DNA of 62,938 nucleotides, the filler included, from Lenisia limosa (lineage: Eukaryota; Protista; Breviatea): NCBI GenBank assembly GCA_001655205.1. It is 12 parts of 12 records of this genome, joined end to end, with 100 filler letters (N's around TTAATTAATTAA, not from the genome) between each part and the next. Parts side by side here need not be neighbours in the genome. Positions count along the whole stretch, not along the records: positions 26,122 to 32,604 come from LPNZ01004759.1; positions 32,705 to 35,037 come from LPNZ01004832.1; positions 35,138 to 38,062 come from LPNZ01004724.1; 9 more parts are not named here. One strand, written 5' to 3'. The first letter of the stretch is position 1. Each line of letters begins with the position of its first letter. The notes beneath the pieces were generated by a model. The model was not told the DNA's origin and searched no databases. It was given only the letters and a program-made list of their open reading frames with translations. Below are positions 26,138 to 38,162 of the stretch, piece by piece. The position numbers were made by a program, and so were the translations under genes.

Positions 26138-29057
26138 TCCCGAAGACCCTCCCTTGTGGCCCGGCCATCACTCCTCAAATCCACCGTCCTGCACAGCGCT
26201 ATCAGCTCTTCTAACCTCTTCTCTTCAGAACTGAGAAATAAACGAGTGGGAGAGAGGTCTTTTTCTATCCTTTTTTGACCGATTTGCTCTCTGATTTCCC
26301 AAGGAAAATAGGTCAAGACTTATCCTAGTCAGTGTATATTTATCTGACATAGGACTACTGTATATTGTTTTGGAGGGGAGGGAGGGTCTTTTCCCATTCT
26401 TTTTTTTCTCTATACAATATATTTTGTTTTATTTCGTTGAATTTTTTTTTGTTTTTTTTCTGATTTTTAATTTTTATTTTTTACAATTAATTTACCCAAT
26501 GTACAGTACAATCTCATTTAATTTTATTCATTTTATTTGTTAATTTTAGTTAAATTTTTTGATTCATTTTATTTATTTTAGTTTTTATTATTATTGTTGT
26601 TGTTGGTATTAATTGTTTTTAGACGGAAGACGCCCTCGTTGCTGCCTCGAAATTCCTGCCAAACCCGGAGGAGCGCGATGAGAGCCACTATCTGCCCATC
26701 CACTGGTTGGAACCACTTCGGTCCAAAAGTGACCAATTTTCATAGTTTCCTTCACCCCTAGGCTTCGCTTCGATCCAAAAGCAATTTCCATAATTTTCAC
26801 CACGACCCCGACCATCATTCTCTTCACAGCCCTGACTATGGTCCCGCGTAATTTCTCAAATTCGCTTTGTTCCCATATTCCCCTCCAAATTTCTATAATT
26901 GGCATTATTTCAATAATTCCACCACCCACCCACCCTGACCATGCAGCTACGCCCTCAAGGGCTATGCGGAAGGGTGCCGAATCCTCCTTGCAAGCGGGGC
27001 CGACACGGAAGTCTTGACTCTGGTGGGGGGGGGGTGTATTATAGAAAATAAAAAAAGTCATCAATGCGAGAAATAAATCAAGACAATCGTAAACAAAGAC
27101 ATTCCGTTAGAGCCAATTCCAAAACAAAAAAAACCATACTCCTGGATTTTTTGAAATTTGTCTGTCTGTGTGTGTGGGGGGGGGGGTACTACCAATTTTG
27201 TTTTATTTCCCAAATGCTTGTTTTATCACATACTCAGGCTTTCAAAACCCCCCTTATTTTTGCGAAATACCATATTATTACAAAACAATGGGGTGATAAT
27301 ATAATTATACATAGTGATTCCACAAAACTATATCCAATTTGATCCGATACTACCTCTTTTTATTTCTTATTTTGACGTATTCGGTCCTAAAATATCCCTA
27401 ATTTTTCGTCCTACAATATCCTGTACTCTTTCCTGTGAGACCTTCGAATGACCTACTCAGGCTAACGAAACACCCCTTGTCCTTGCTGCACGAGAGCGAA
27501 AGAGCAAAACGGCTTCGGTGCTCCTCAAAGCTGGGGCTCGGGTGGATGCCTTGGATGTGGGGGGGTGGGTCTCTTTGTTTCATAGATTTTCCCGTTTTAC
27601 TCCCCCACCCCCCGACTGCAATACTCTTTATCGAAATTGTCCCTGTTTATTCCGCCAAGGCTAATGGCGAGACGTGCTTGCATCTTCTCGCAGCAGGCAA
27701 TATGACCACACCGTTGATGGACGTTCCAATGGGCCATCCGGCACTCTCAATGCTCAATAAAGTTGGGGGGGGGGGGTCAAATGGGGNNNNNNNNNNNNNN
27801 NNNNNNNNNNNNNNNNNNNNNNNNNNNNNNNNNNNNNNNNNNNNNNNNNNNNNNNTTGTGAGTATGTGTGTGAGGGAGACTCAATTATAGTATATCCCCT
27901 TACAATATGATTTTCCAAGTTAATCCCTTACAATTTCTTGTAACGTTCCAGGACGGCTACTCAGCACTCCACCTGGCTACTTTAGCCAATGCTGACGAGG
28001 CTATTCAGATCCTGTTGAACAAGGGAGACAGTATCAATCGCAAGGATATGGTGCGAGGGGGGGGGGGGTTAAGATTTTGTTGAATAGGACGTTCGATAAT
28101 TCCTCGATAAATATCGTTATTTTTACAGTCTTTTTCGAACCATCCCTTCTGTTGAACAGGGGAAACAGTATCAAATGCATGGACAAAATTGTTGTGTGGT
28201 TACCCGTGTACACTAGAAAAATACACCAAAATTACACACACCCCATACATATCATATTGTACGTGTACAACAGACTTGTTTCGTTCTCTTACACCCCAGG
28301 CCGGCTCTACGGCTCTGCATTTGGCAGTCAAGAACAAACGAACCAAGTCGCTCCGAGCCCTTTTAATGGCCGACCCTGATATCAGCCTTGAAGACCAGGT
28401 GGGGGGCAATAAAACTCTTCGAAACAAGTTCAGCGTAGTTGAATGCATGTAGGGCTTCACTTCGAAAAAGTCTGATTTCTCGATAAATCCTCGAAAACTA
28501 TCGATATTTCACTGTATTTTTTTTTGAACCGAATTGAAGCCCTACATGTGGGAAGGGATGAAGGCGTGCCTAGGTTCTATCTTGTAAATTTATTCGTTAA
28601 CATCTTCAGGATGGAAACACTGCTCGAGATATCGCAGATGAGATGGGTGCATTGGCGGTTCTANNNNNNNNNNNNNNNNNNNNNNNNNNNNNNNNNNNNN
28701 NNNNNNNNNNNNNNNNNNNNNNNNNNNNNNNNNNNNNNNNNNNNNNNNNNNNNNNNNNNNNNNNNNTGATAGTTTTCGAGGGTTTTCGACAAATTTAGTC
28801 TTTCTTAAGTATCTGACCAAGAGATATTGGATTTATGGGCTTCACCATATCTTATTCTTTATATAGTACTCTAATATAGAGCTATTAATCATATACTAAC
28901 CTACCAGGGCAAAGCGGATATGACTAAAAAGCCGCTTAAGGAGAAGAAGGACAAAAAAGACAAGAAGGAAAAGAAGGAAAAGAAAGATGATGACAAAAAA
29001 GAAAAGAAAGCGAAAAAGAAAAAGGAACGGGGGGATTCCGGGTTTTTGGAAATCTAG
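26138..29057 (+). CDS. Ankyrin-repeat protein with a Lys/Asp/Glu-rich C-terminal tail, 5'-partial
   Basis: YLPIHCYALKGYAEGCRILLASGAD, ANETPLVLAARERKSKTASVLLKAGARVD, NGETCLHLLAAG, DGYSALHLATLANADEAIQILLNKGDSIN, AGSTALHLAVKNKR, DGNTARDIA; ends KEKKDKKDKKEKKEKKDDDKK...GFLEI* (TAG 29055-29057). Confidence 0.9.
26275..26340. mobile_element. Family H small inverted-repeat element, partial
   Basis: ttgaccgattt...tgatttcccaaggaaaataggtcaagacttatcctagtca matches 59930-60015. Confidence 0.6.
28450..28544. mobile_element. Family A MITE
   Basis: TAGGGCTTCACTTCG...GAACCGAATTGAAGCCCTA. Confidence 0.85.
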
Positions 29058-29822
29058 TTTTTGGTTATGGTATGTTTTGTAATGTATTGTATTTGATTTT
29101 AAAAATCAGTCTGGTATAAAGTTGAAGATGTTGGAAATAAATTTAATTTTAATTTATTTAAAGCGTCTAATATAACAAACTACCAATTCCATCAAACTGT
29201 CTGACAAAGACAATCATAATTACCATGACATGAACTACTCAGAGGTCTGGGTACGAATACGTGTGGCGGCGGTTCAATTTCGTTTTTAGTTTCAAACCTA
29301 ATAAGTGAGGTGGCTGGGGAAAAATATAGAAAAGTATGAAACAAAAAACAAAAAAAGTATGGGTAATGACACCTCCAGGGAAAGTTTCTTCAACCACATT
29401 TCATGGGAGCCCCTGTACCTTCCCAGTCACGTAATGTAAGCGGGCGGAGTTACACATAAATAGTTGCCTTTATTGCACTGAAGTGAAGAAAAATAAACAA
29501 TTTGTGAATAGTTATTTTTTTTCATCCAAGTCCTTTTGATTAGCACCCTGATTACCATATAGGACCCCCATTTTCACGTTCAGTGATTTAAACTTCACTC
29601 TGGTTAAATAAAGACAGATAAAATATCGATAGCTTTCGATGATATCGAGAAATTTAGTCCTTTGAGAACCAAAGTGAAGTCCTTCAACTCTCATATGAAG
29701 GCAGGGTGTGCCGTTTCAAGAGTTTGCTGCAAAAAAGGAAACTATGACAAATCATCCTTTATTCCAGTCGAGTTTGTTTTGTCTTGTCATTTAATGACAT
29801 CACAGTCTTGTTCTTCCAAATA

Positions 29823-32800
29823 TCACCGTCTGACCTGAGAACTTGAACAACTTGCCGAGGACGGCCAGGGAGCATCATCATCGCCACTATCTACAATCAC
29901 GTCGATCCCAAGATCATCGTCGAGGGACCTGGCGGAGTGAAATTAGAAAATTCAAGAAAAAGCCCCCAAAAAAATCTGCGGCATTTTTAGATGAGCCGCT
30001 TTACTGACTCAGGAGGCCCTCATACATTACTGGGGTGGTTGGTCGGGAGTATTTGCACGTTGAACTGACAGTTGAAAAACTCCACGAGGAATTATTTGAC
30101 CTGTAGAATTAGTGATTTCCAAGGGACCCAAAAAAAAAGACAGAGATACATATTTTTGAGAGGTGCAAATTTCGAGATATGCATTTTGAAAGAATTTTCA
30201 GATAAATCCGTGATAAATATCGATATTACATCGGGTCTTTTTCGAACGGAAAACCCAACCCACTTTTGCGACAGATCAGAGGGATGACGGACAAAGGGGC
30301 TCTTAGAGTGTAGAGCTGCTTCACGCCTAGTCAATCAGTAGATTGCAAATAAACAAAAACGATATCCGCTCTCTATTCTTGTTATTTAGGTGACAAATTC
30401 TGTATGCTACTGAATGAACAGAATCTGAAGAACTTCAAAATTCCATTAAATATGACAATATACAGGGGAATATGGTAGCAACCCCAAGTAACAGTTTACC
30501 CCTCCCAGTTTAAGTTTAACCTTAAATTGAATCATCGTTAGGTTCAAGTTAGCAGCAGATCTGGCATACAGACAGCGTGATATAATCTCATTAGTACTCA
30601 CCCCCACCCCCACCCAATATTCAAGTTTCCCAGCAGACCTTGCGGCAATAATGGCGGCCTCGAGCATTCCATATTCTGGGATGGAGTGTGAGGGGTGTGA
30701 GCCAGTTGAAGAGGTGCGTGAAAGGCCTGGGTTGTTACTGAGCAGGATTTCATTCCAGTTCGAAAAGACCAGTAAAATACCGCTAGATATCGAGGAATTA
30801 GAGAATTCAGCTGTTTTAAAACTGAAGTGACGCCCTATTACTGGTAGAAGAATACTTAGTATAGATCAAATTTGTTTCAATTTGCTTATTCACAAGATGA
30901 AATTTGATTGTCACAGCCCAATACAATCAACCCACTTACACGGGGACTGGTCCCTTCTCACAATCATCTTCCCACTCCCTGACCATCCCCCCCCCCCCAC
31001 TTGCACGGGGCACGGCATCAACCAGGTTGTTAGCAAGGCTCATACAGAGTTCCTCGGACCAAGACGAGGCTTTTAGATCGGCCGACGTGCGCAGCCACGC
31101 GCAATGCCCTCCTGTTGTGTCATTGTTTTTCAAAACCTCATTTCTAAGTAAAGCTAAGCTAACCCAAGATCCTTTCGAGAAAACAAAGCCCAAAATCAAG
31201 GTTATGAAGAGAAATCTTTTGAAATTAAGTTTGTGTATAGAGAGGGTGGGTGAAAAATGAAAATTTTATTGTTGTGTGAGGTTGATGGGATTTGAATAGA
31301 GAAAAAGGGTAAAAAACACTGATCGGTGCGGGGGGGGGGGTCAAATANNNNNNNNNNNNNNNNNNNNNNNNNNNNNNNNNNNNNNNNNNNNNNNNNNNNN
31401 NNNNNNNNNNNNNNNNNNNNNNNNNNNNNNNNNNNNNNNNNNNNNNNNNGACCTATTGTCATTGGAACTCCATTTCAGACACTTTAATTGAAAATTTAGT
31501 TACTTTTATGATAATTGCACGAAGTTCAAGTATCATTGGATGATGAAAGCAAAGCAACCGATTTAATTGGAAAAATAACTGCAAAATTTGAAGTGGGACG
31601 TAGTGTAACCAGAACCTCATTTAAGACACTTTAGTTTCCAACTTTGTCAATAATTTCTTCAAAAATTAATTGCACGGAGCCCTAGCAATAACCCCTCAAC
31701 CTGTGGGGGTGACAATCATGGACACAGGGGCTTTACTGTAGGTCTTAGTAAACTCGCGGAAGCGGTTCACACTTTCCGAGTGAAGGAACGGGTCGTCTGA
31801 TGGGTGTAATTGTTGTTGAAAGTCTCAAATGTAACAAGATTCTTATGCTCTATATGCTGATTAATAATATGTTATATACAGTATTATTATGTCTAACCCT
31901 GTTAATAGGGCTTCACTTTGGTTCGAAAAACGGAAAATAACAATAGTTTTCGAGGATTTATCGAGGAATGTAGTCTTTTTTTCGATACGAAGTGATGCCC
32001 TACCTCTTAAAAAGGTAGAACTTCGCTTTCGTCAAAAGAATGAATTCTTGATAAATCCTCGAATAACATCGATATTATAGCCGTTTTCTGGAATCAAAAA
32101 TGATGCTCTTCTGAAAAGGCCTCCAAACAACCAACCTCTTGCAACGACGACGACAAGAGGGATCTTGATCTTATTCAAGTCGTAGGGGACCAGAGTGGCA
32201 TGTCGATGGTAGTCTTGCGAGGTTTTGTACCTGTTGCAATTAGCAGGTTTAATATATTGGACAATTAATATTAAAATTTGAGTGGAACATATATATATTG
32301 TAATAACTCCATTACAGACACTTGAATTGAAAATTATATCAATTATTTAAAGAGTCCTAGTAATTAGGTTTATTTTCAAAATCACAGAAACTGGGTTTGT
32401 CAACTTGCGAGTGGGCTTTTAAAACGTCACCCACCCGAAAACTGGCAGGATAACGGCCTTCTCAACGTCGTACATTGTGACGTGTTTGGCAGTAAGCATA
32501 TCGAGGTTCAATCGCTCATCTGCAGCCAACTACTTGGGTCAGTTTTAGGGGGGGGGGGACAAAATTGGAAAATTTATACTATAAAAAAAGCCCAAATCAA
32601 CTCTNNNNNNNNNNNNNNNNNNNNNNNNNNNNNNNNNNNNNNNNNNNNTTAATTAATTAANNNNNNNNNNNNNNNNNNNNNNNNNNNNNNNNNNNNNNNN
32701 NNNNAAACAAATAAAAACCCCACAGGGGAGGGGGGGGTAGTATTCCATCAATATAGCACTATGCCGCATCGCCTTGTATTATTTGGGAATCCCATAAATT

Positions 32801-35021
32801 TCTTCAAATTTCCATAAAATTACATGGGATTTCCATGTAAATATGGGAATTCCAACGCTTTTACAAGAATCCCAAACCGAAGCGCCGCAGTTTAAAAATT
32901 AACTTTTACTGTTGTTCTGAAACCCCCCACCTCCAAGTCAATTTCAACGTCCCATGAGGGCCTTTGGGAAATTGCTGCTGAAAGGACTGCAGCGTCACCG
33001 GTGTGATGGGACTGAAAAATGTGAGGTAATTTACAAAGGAATCGAGCACCTTTCTGCAGCAATACTAAATACAATCAACATTATTCACCCACCACCTTAT
33101 ACAGCGGGAGAGGCGGGACTGCTGGCGCGCATTGGGCTTTAGCGTCCACGTCGCTCGTTGCCTTGGGCTGGAATATGTTCACTGGGGGAGGGGGGGTTGA
33201 GAGATGATAATAGCTAGAATAGACATACCTATATACGTATATCTACATAGGAGAGGTACATGCACATAGTAATATAGAATATGTATTATTTCTCATTGTT
33301 ATACTGCATATTCACTGGGAGGTAAGAAATCTGTTCACTGGGGGGGGGGNNNNNNNNNNNNNNNNNNNNNNNNNNNNNNNNNNNNNNNNNNNNNNNNNNN
33401 NNNNNNNNNNNNNNNNNNNNNNNNNNNNNNNNNNNNNNNNNNNNNNNNNNNNNTGTTTCCTTGAAAAAAACAATTGTTTATTCGCCATTATTTCCTTTCA
33501 CCATTCTTAGTAAATCAGAATATACAAACACGGTAATCCCCCTTTCCCTCCCGCCAACTCAGAGCCGCCACCATATCATTGGAGTAAGACAGGGCAAGAG
33601 GCTGGATGTTGGCCGCCACTGTGTTCTTCAGATGCTGCAAGGGGGTGGGTGGAAATAAAAGTGGGAATTGCTATAGAATGAACCTGAAAGAGGAATCCAG
33701 CAGAAATCGTCCACACTCATGTAAGGAAAATAGTTAGCAATGAGAAATAAAAACACATAGCTACTAAGGAAAATATATTCATAATAATATATAGCAATGA
33801 GAAATTAAAAAAATCGGTTTATTCAAATGGTGCTTCAAAAGAGCAGGGAAACACCCTGGGCCTACTTTTGCCCCTGGAATAGCAGTAGATACAACCGCCT
33901 TCAAGAAGGGCTTGGCGTCTGTAATGCGATTAGAGGGTAACTGGACATATGTGAATATCAGGGTAGTGTCTCCAATGCGATTACTTACAATAAAATGGAA
34001 TGAGTTTCTATAAAATTGGATGAGTTTCTATAAAATTGAATGAGTTTCTATCAAATGTGATGAGTTTCTATCAAATGGGATTAGTTTCTATATTGTGATT
34101 AGTTTCTTGATGATGGGGTTAGTGTCTATCAAATAGGATGAGTTTCTAGATAATGGGAGTTTTTATATAATGTGCTAAAATATTGGGGTTGGAGGGAAAC
34201 GTTAAAAGAGTGAGTATTGGGGTGGAGGAAAACTCTACATAGAGAAATAATTGGCGAAAATTTGGCATAAAAAGGTTAGGCGAAATGCCAAAATTTTGCA
34301 TGAAAAACATTAATTCTTCGTTTAAAAAGACAGAATTTCTCGATAGATTCTGGAAAACTATCGATATTTACCGAACCGAAGTGAAGCTTAATCTCCCCCC
34401 CCCCCACGTTCGTCCCTTAGAGACCCCGCTAATAGCGCCAAGTTTTGGTCGATTCTTCCTTCGCCTTGCCACGCCGCGATAGAGTGTAGGCCTGGAGGGT
34501 TGAGATTTTACACTGTTTTGTTAGGCGGGGGGGGGCAATTAATATCTGGGGTTGAGATTATGCAAAAAAAAAAATAAAGCGAGGGGTGGCAGGCATAGAG
34601 GCAAAATATACACATTATATGGGGGTCTGTCAGACCTTCACTTCTATTACGATGTTTCTCAAAAGGGTATATCAATTTGTAGATAATTAAGTTGGATAAG
34701 ACACCCTCGATACAGCAAATTAAAGCTGAACCTTAACCAGCTTGGAAACTGGTTTCTCTGTATTACATTACATCAAGCCTAAGAATAGAGACACAATCTT
34801 TATTTATGATAAGTCAAAAAAAGCTAGGTATTTTAACGACGCAGATTGCCTAATTTATCATCATCAAGAATATCTTGTTACACAACTACATTTAAAGAAT
34901 GTGACTCTGGAATAACCCTCCCAATTTGTTCCAATTACCCACTCAATTCAGCGTCATATCCTCGAGGTCTCTGAGCAACCTTCACAACCAGCCCATTAAG
35001 AGCTCCTTCCAATATGACTGG
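29823..35021 (-). CDS. Alpha/beta-hydrolase of the ABHD1-3 / YheT / Eht1 type with a Ser-rich C-terminal extension, 5'-partial, interrupted by the linker at 32649
   Basis: Spliced product: LHSIAAWQGEG...KPFLKAVVSTAIPG...LSYSNDMVAALMNIF...TMYDVEKAVILPVFGYKTSQDYHRHATLVPYDLNKIKIPLVVVVARDDPFL...SMIVTPTGGHCAWL...SWSEELC; Asp (DDPF) and His (GGH) motifs present; the GxSxG nucleophile was not clearly seen. Confidence 0.8.
30744..30837. mobile_element. Family A MITE, degenerate
   Basis: atttcattccagttcgaaaagacc...aactgaagtgacgcccTA. Confidence 0.7.
31615..31682. repeat. Family F dispersed repeat of about 70 nt (also about 31470, 32308, 53940, 54170, 58838)
   Basis: cattt(c/a)agacacttta...aataattgcacggag(c/a) recurs in unrelated genes. 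Confidence 0.65.
31906..32002. mobile_element. Family A MITE
   Basis: TAGGGCTTCACTTTGGTTCGAAAAA...TTCGATACGAAGTGATGCCCTA. Confidence 0.85.
32545..32604 (-). mobile_element. Family B repeat 3' part, upstream of an ABHD acceptor
   Basis: Minus strand agagttgatttgggctttttttatagtataaattttccaattttgtccccccccccc. Confidence 0.75.
33996..34150. repeat. Minisatellite, about 20-nt unit, about 7 copies, intronic
   Basis: atgagtttctat(aaaattgg/caaatgtg) repeated. Confidence 0.9.
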
Positions 35022-35137
35022 CTGCGGGGGGGGGGGGNNNNNNNNNNNNNNNNNNNNNNNNNNNNNNNNNNNNNNNNNNNNTTAATTAATTAANNNNNNN
35101 NNNNNNNNNNNNNNNNNNNNNNNNNNNNNNNNNNNNN

Positions 35138-37760
35138 AGGTGGACCTCACAGCCGTCTGGAGGAGGGTAAACGAAGGAAATTTCGATGAAGAATATTGGC
35201 GTAAAGGTACTAAACATGAACCGAGTAATCTGAAACTTCAAACAAACAAAAACAAGCAATAACAAACACGAGCAACCAACGCTAAAACTAGAAAAAAACC
35301 ATATGACAAAAACACAGGAACAAAACAAGCGCGGGAGGAGGGGGGTGACAAGTTGAGGTTTACATGATGAACACTTTCCCTGGTCAGGTGTAATATATAG
35401 CAATGAGAAATAAATATAAGGTAGTATCTGGCCGAAGCCGTCCACATCATCACACTTATAAGAGATACTGGATTATAGTATAATATTAATTCGCCCAATC
35501 ATTTGCCTTACAACTCCGTGCACACATCTTTCGGTGTGCCCCAGCCAAATGCCTATTATTACCAAAAATAAAAAAAGACCCAAATACAGAATAGCAATAC
35601 CAAAACTTTGATACAGTTACTACTAGAGCTTCCCTACGGCGAAAAAGCCCAGTAAAATATCGATATTCATCGAAGATTTATCGATAAATTCAGTCTTTTT
35701 TTGGGACCGTTGGAAAGAACTAGTTACTACCCATGAATAGGGCCCCTCCTCCCTCAACAGTGGGAATCTAGACCCCCCCCCTCCCCACACCATTGTGTTT
35801 CATTAATTGTCCCACCATTATCCCCCCTATNNNNNNNNNNNNNNNNNNNNNNNNNNNNNNNNNNNNNNNNNNNNNNNNNNNNNNNNNNNNNNNNNNNNNN
35901 NNNNNNNNNNNNNNNNNNNNNNNNNNNNNCCTTCCTACCCATGAACAAGGTCCTTTGGATTTGGTCAGACGTCACTTCAACCAGAGTCGAAATCACATCA
36001 CTCCCAAACTCTGCGGCGGAGTTAATAAATTACTATGTGCAAATAACAAAACGCTAGTGTAAAACGAAGGATTTATGAAACAAAAAAAGGCCCAAAAAAT
36101 ATACTCTGACTGACAAGACAATAAATCACCAAGCACTCCCCCCTCGCACCATGGTACGCAAGACTGAGAGGCTGGGCCGGGATGGGCGGACTCATATGTG
36201 CCACGTGTGTAGGCCGCACCGACGCCCGGTTCCCCCAAATGACTATCGGTACCCCGTTGGCAATGGAAATCAGACTGGGAAGTAAAATTAATTGGAAAAA
36301 TTATGAAGCAAAAAAGCCCAAATCAACTCTGTTGGCCAACAACACACAAGGGTTTATAACAACAAAACAANNNNNNNNNNNNNNNNNNNNNNNNNNNNNN
36401 NNNNNNNNNNNNNNNNNNNNNNNNNNNNNNNNNNNNNNNNNNNNNNNNNNNNNNNNNNNNNNNNNNNNNNNCTGAAAAAAATAAGCAAGCCGAAGGGGGG
36501 GAAAACAGTGGACACAGCAAAACGCTCTTAACACACGAAAAGGCAATCTGACACCCCGATATATTAAGCTAGAATTAAGCCTTCTTGACTTTGCTACCCT
36601 TGCAGCATCCAATTCTACAAAAACTGCTCAATCTCACACAATAACACTGATAACGGCTGATGGGGAGGGGGGTCAAACCGAGATTACAAGTGTAGCAATA
36701 ATGGGAACATGTGTTTTAAAATAACATAAACCTTCTCCCCGGCATCAAAACAACAGGAAGAAGGCAGCACAGGTTTGATGAAAAGATCAGCACAAAAGAT
36801 ACTCACCACATGGGTGTAGACAGGAGAGCGTAAGCTTGAAGAACCTAGGGGTGTCAACGCTTCAACATGACCATAAAAATGCGAATTCAAAGGGGATAGG
36901 GCCGAGATCCCACCTCCGAAGTGATCTGCTGGAGGTCAGACAAGGAGACGCACTGGCTCATGAAGTCGACGTGGCTTCCAACCTTCGCCATGACCTGGTC
37001 TGAGCCCTGGTCTGACGAATACTTCAATGACACGCTCAAACCAAGAGTGTTCTCTGAATCTTGAGGCTGAAAGACATCTTCCGTAAAAATAGGGTCGGAA
37101 ACAAATGAATCGGTTGATACAGACGCAAAGCGATAGTTATCTAGCGGAATGTGAGAAGATGACGGAGAAACTGAATTTGCATGCTTAATACGACGTCTGC
37201 TCCTCTGAATACAGGCATTCTGGTCCACTTGTGACCCGTCAGAGATCGAGTCCCTCGAGGAGAACTCTCCTGATGTGAATGTACTAGAGGGGCCAGCCTT
37301 AAGTCTTCCGGGGAGGCTATTCCCACTTGATACTCTTGGTATTGCATCAGGCGACATTTGAGCCGCTCTAGACCGGCTAATTCTTCAACTAGTCAAGGTG
37401 TCAATTCAATTTAGTGAATTCACATACTATCAATATCTCCCGAGTTTTTCCCTATACTACACTGAAAATACCCCTGCAAAAGACAGCAAGATACTCAAAC
37501 CAGTCAAGTCGTAAAAAATTCACTGTTCAAAACTTGGACCAGTGTTTTCCCTTTCCTCAAAAAAAAACTCAAACGCTGCCTTTTTGAATAACAACAAGAT
37601 AACCAACACGATATTGTTTCATAGTGTATTAAAACAGCCGGAAACGACAGATTAGTAACGGTTTTCCCCATGATCAACCCCGGATAAGCCCCATCGAACA
37701 CCTCACAATGTCGCAGCGTTTGAGGGGACGTATAAAGATGATTATGTATATTAGTCATTA
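35138..37760 (-). CDS. Unidentified multi-exon protein fragment with a Ser-rich exon
   Basis: 156-codon Ser-rich ORF 36887-37357 plus minus-strand GT-AG exon candidates at about 36130-36274 and 35138-35156; no recognisable domain. Confidence 0.4.
35157..35335 (-). mobile_element. Family D repeat, long form, ending at an acceptor
   Basis: Minus strand gcttgttttg...tagcgttggttgctcgtgtttgttattgcttg...tacctttacgccaatattcttcatcgaaatttccttcgtttaccctcctccAG. Confidence 0.75.
35392..35550 (-). mobile_element. Family C repeat
   Basis: Plus strand atatagcaatgagaaataaa...gtatctggccgaagccgtccacatcatcacacttataagagatactggatt...cccaatcatttgccttacaactccgtgcacac. Confidence 0.85.
35624..35722. mobile_element. 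Family A MITE
   Basis: TAGAGCTTCCCTACGG...internal atatcgatattcatcgaagatttatcgataaattcagtcttttt...GGGACCGTTGGAAAGAACTA. Confidence 0.7.
36275..36370 (-). mobile_element. Family B repeat ending at a predicted acceptor
   Basis: Minus strand cccttgtgtgttgttggccaacagagttgatttgggcttttttgcttcataatttttccaattaattttacttcccAG. Confidence 0.8.
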
Positions 37761-38162
37761 CTTTGTTTTGTCAAAAGGGGCAGGGAGTGGGACTGAGAAA
37801 GGCAGTTGAGAAAGAAGAGCTATGAGTTGTCTTGTCAGTTTTCTTGTAGGGCTACTATGGATGGAGGGGGGTGGCTGGTCTAGGTGTGGGGTTAGGCTTC
37901 ACTTTGGTTCGAAAAAAGACTGGCTTAAATACTACGTTATTAGTGTTACTGAAAGCTTCGAGTTTTGTTGTTGCTGTTGCTGTTGTTGTTGGGATGTTCC
38001 AAATTTCTATTCATCAAAATTTCGTATTACACAGGACGTTCCCCCATTATACCCACCACCACNNNNNNNNNNNNNNNNNNNNNNNNNNNNNNNNNNNNNN
38101 NNNNNNTTAATTAATTAANNNNNNNNNNNNNNNNNNNNNNNNNNNNNNNNNNNNNNNNNNNN

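Noticed and set aside
26609-27064. 151-aa minus-strand ORF
   Set aside because: It is antisense to in-frame ankyrin exons on the plus strand and has no recognisable motif.
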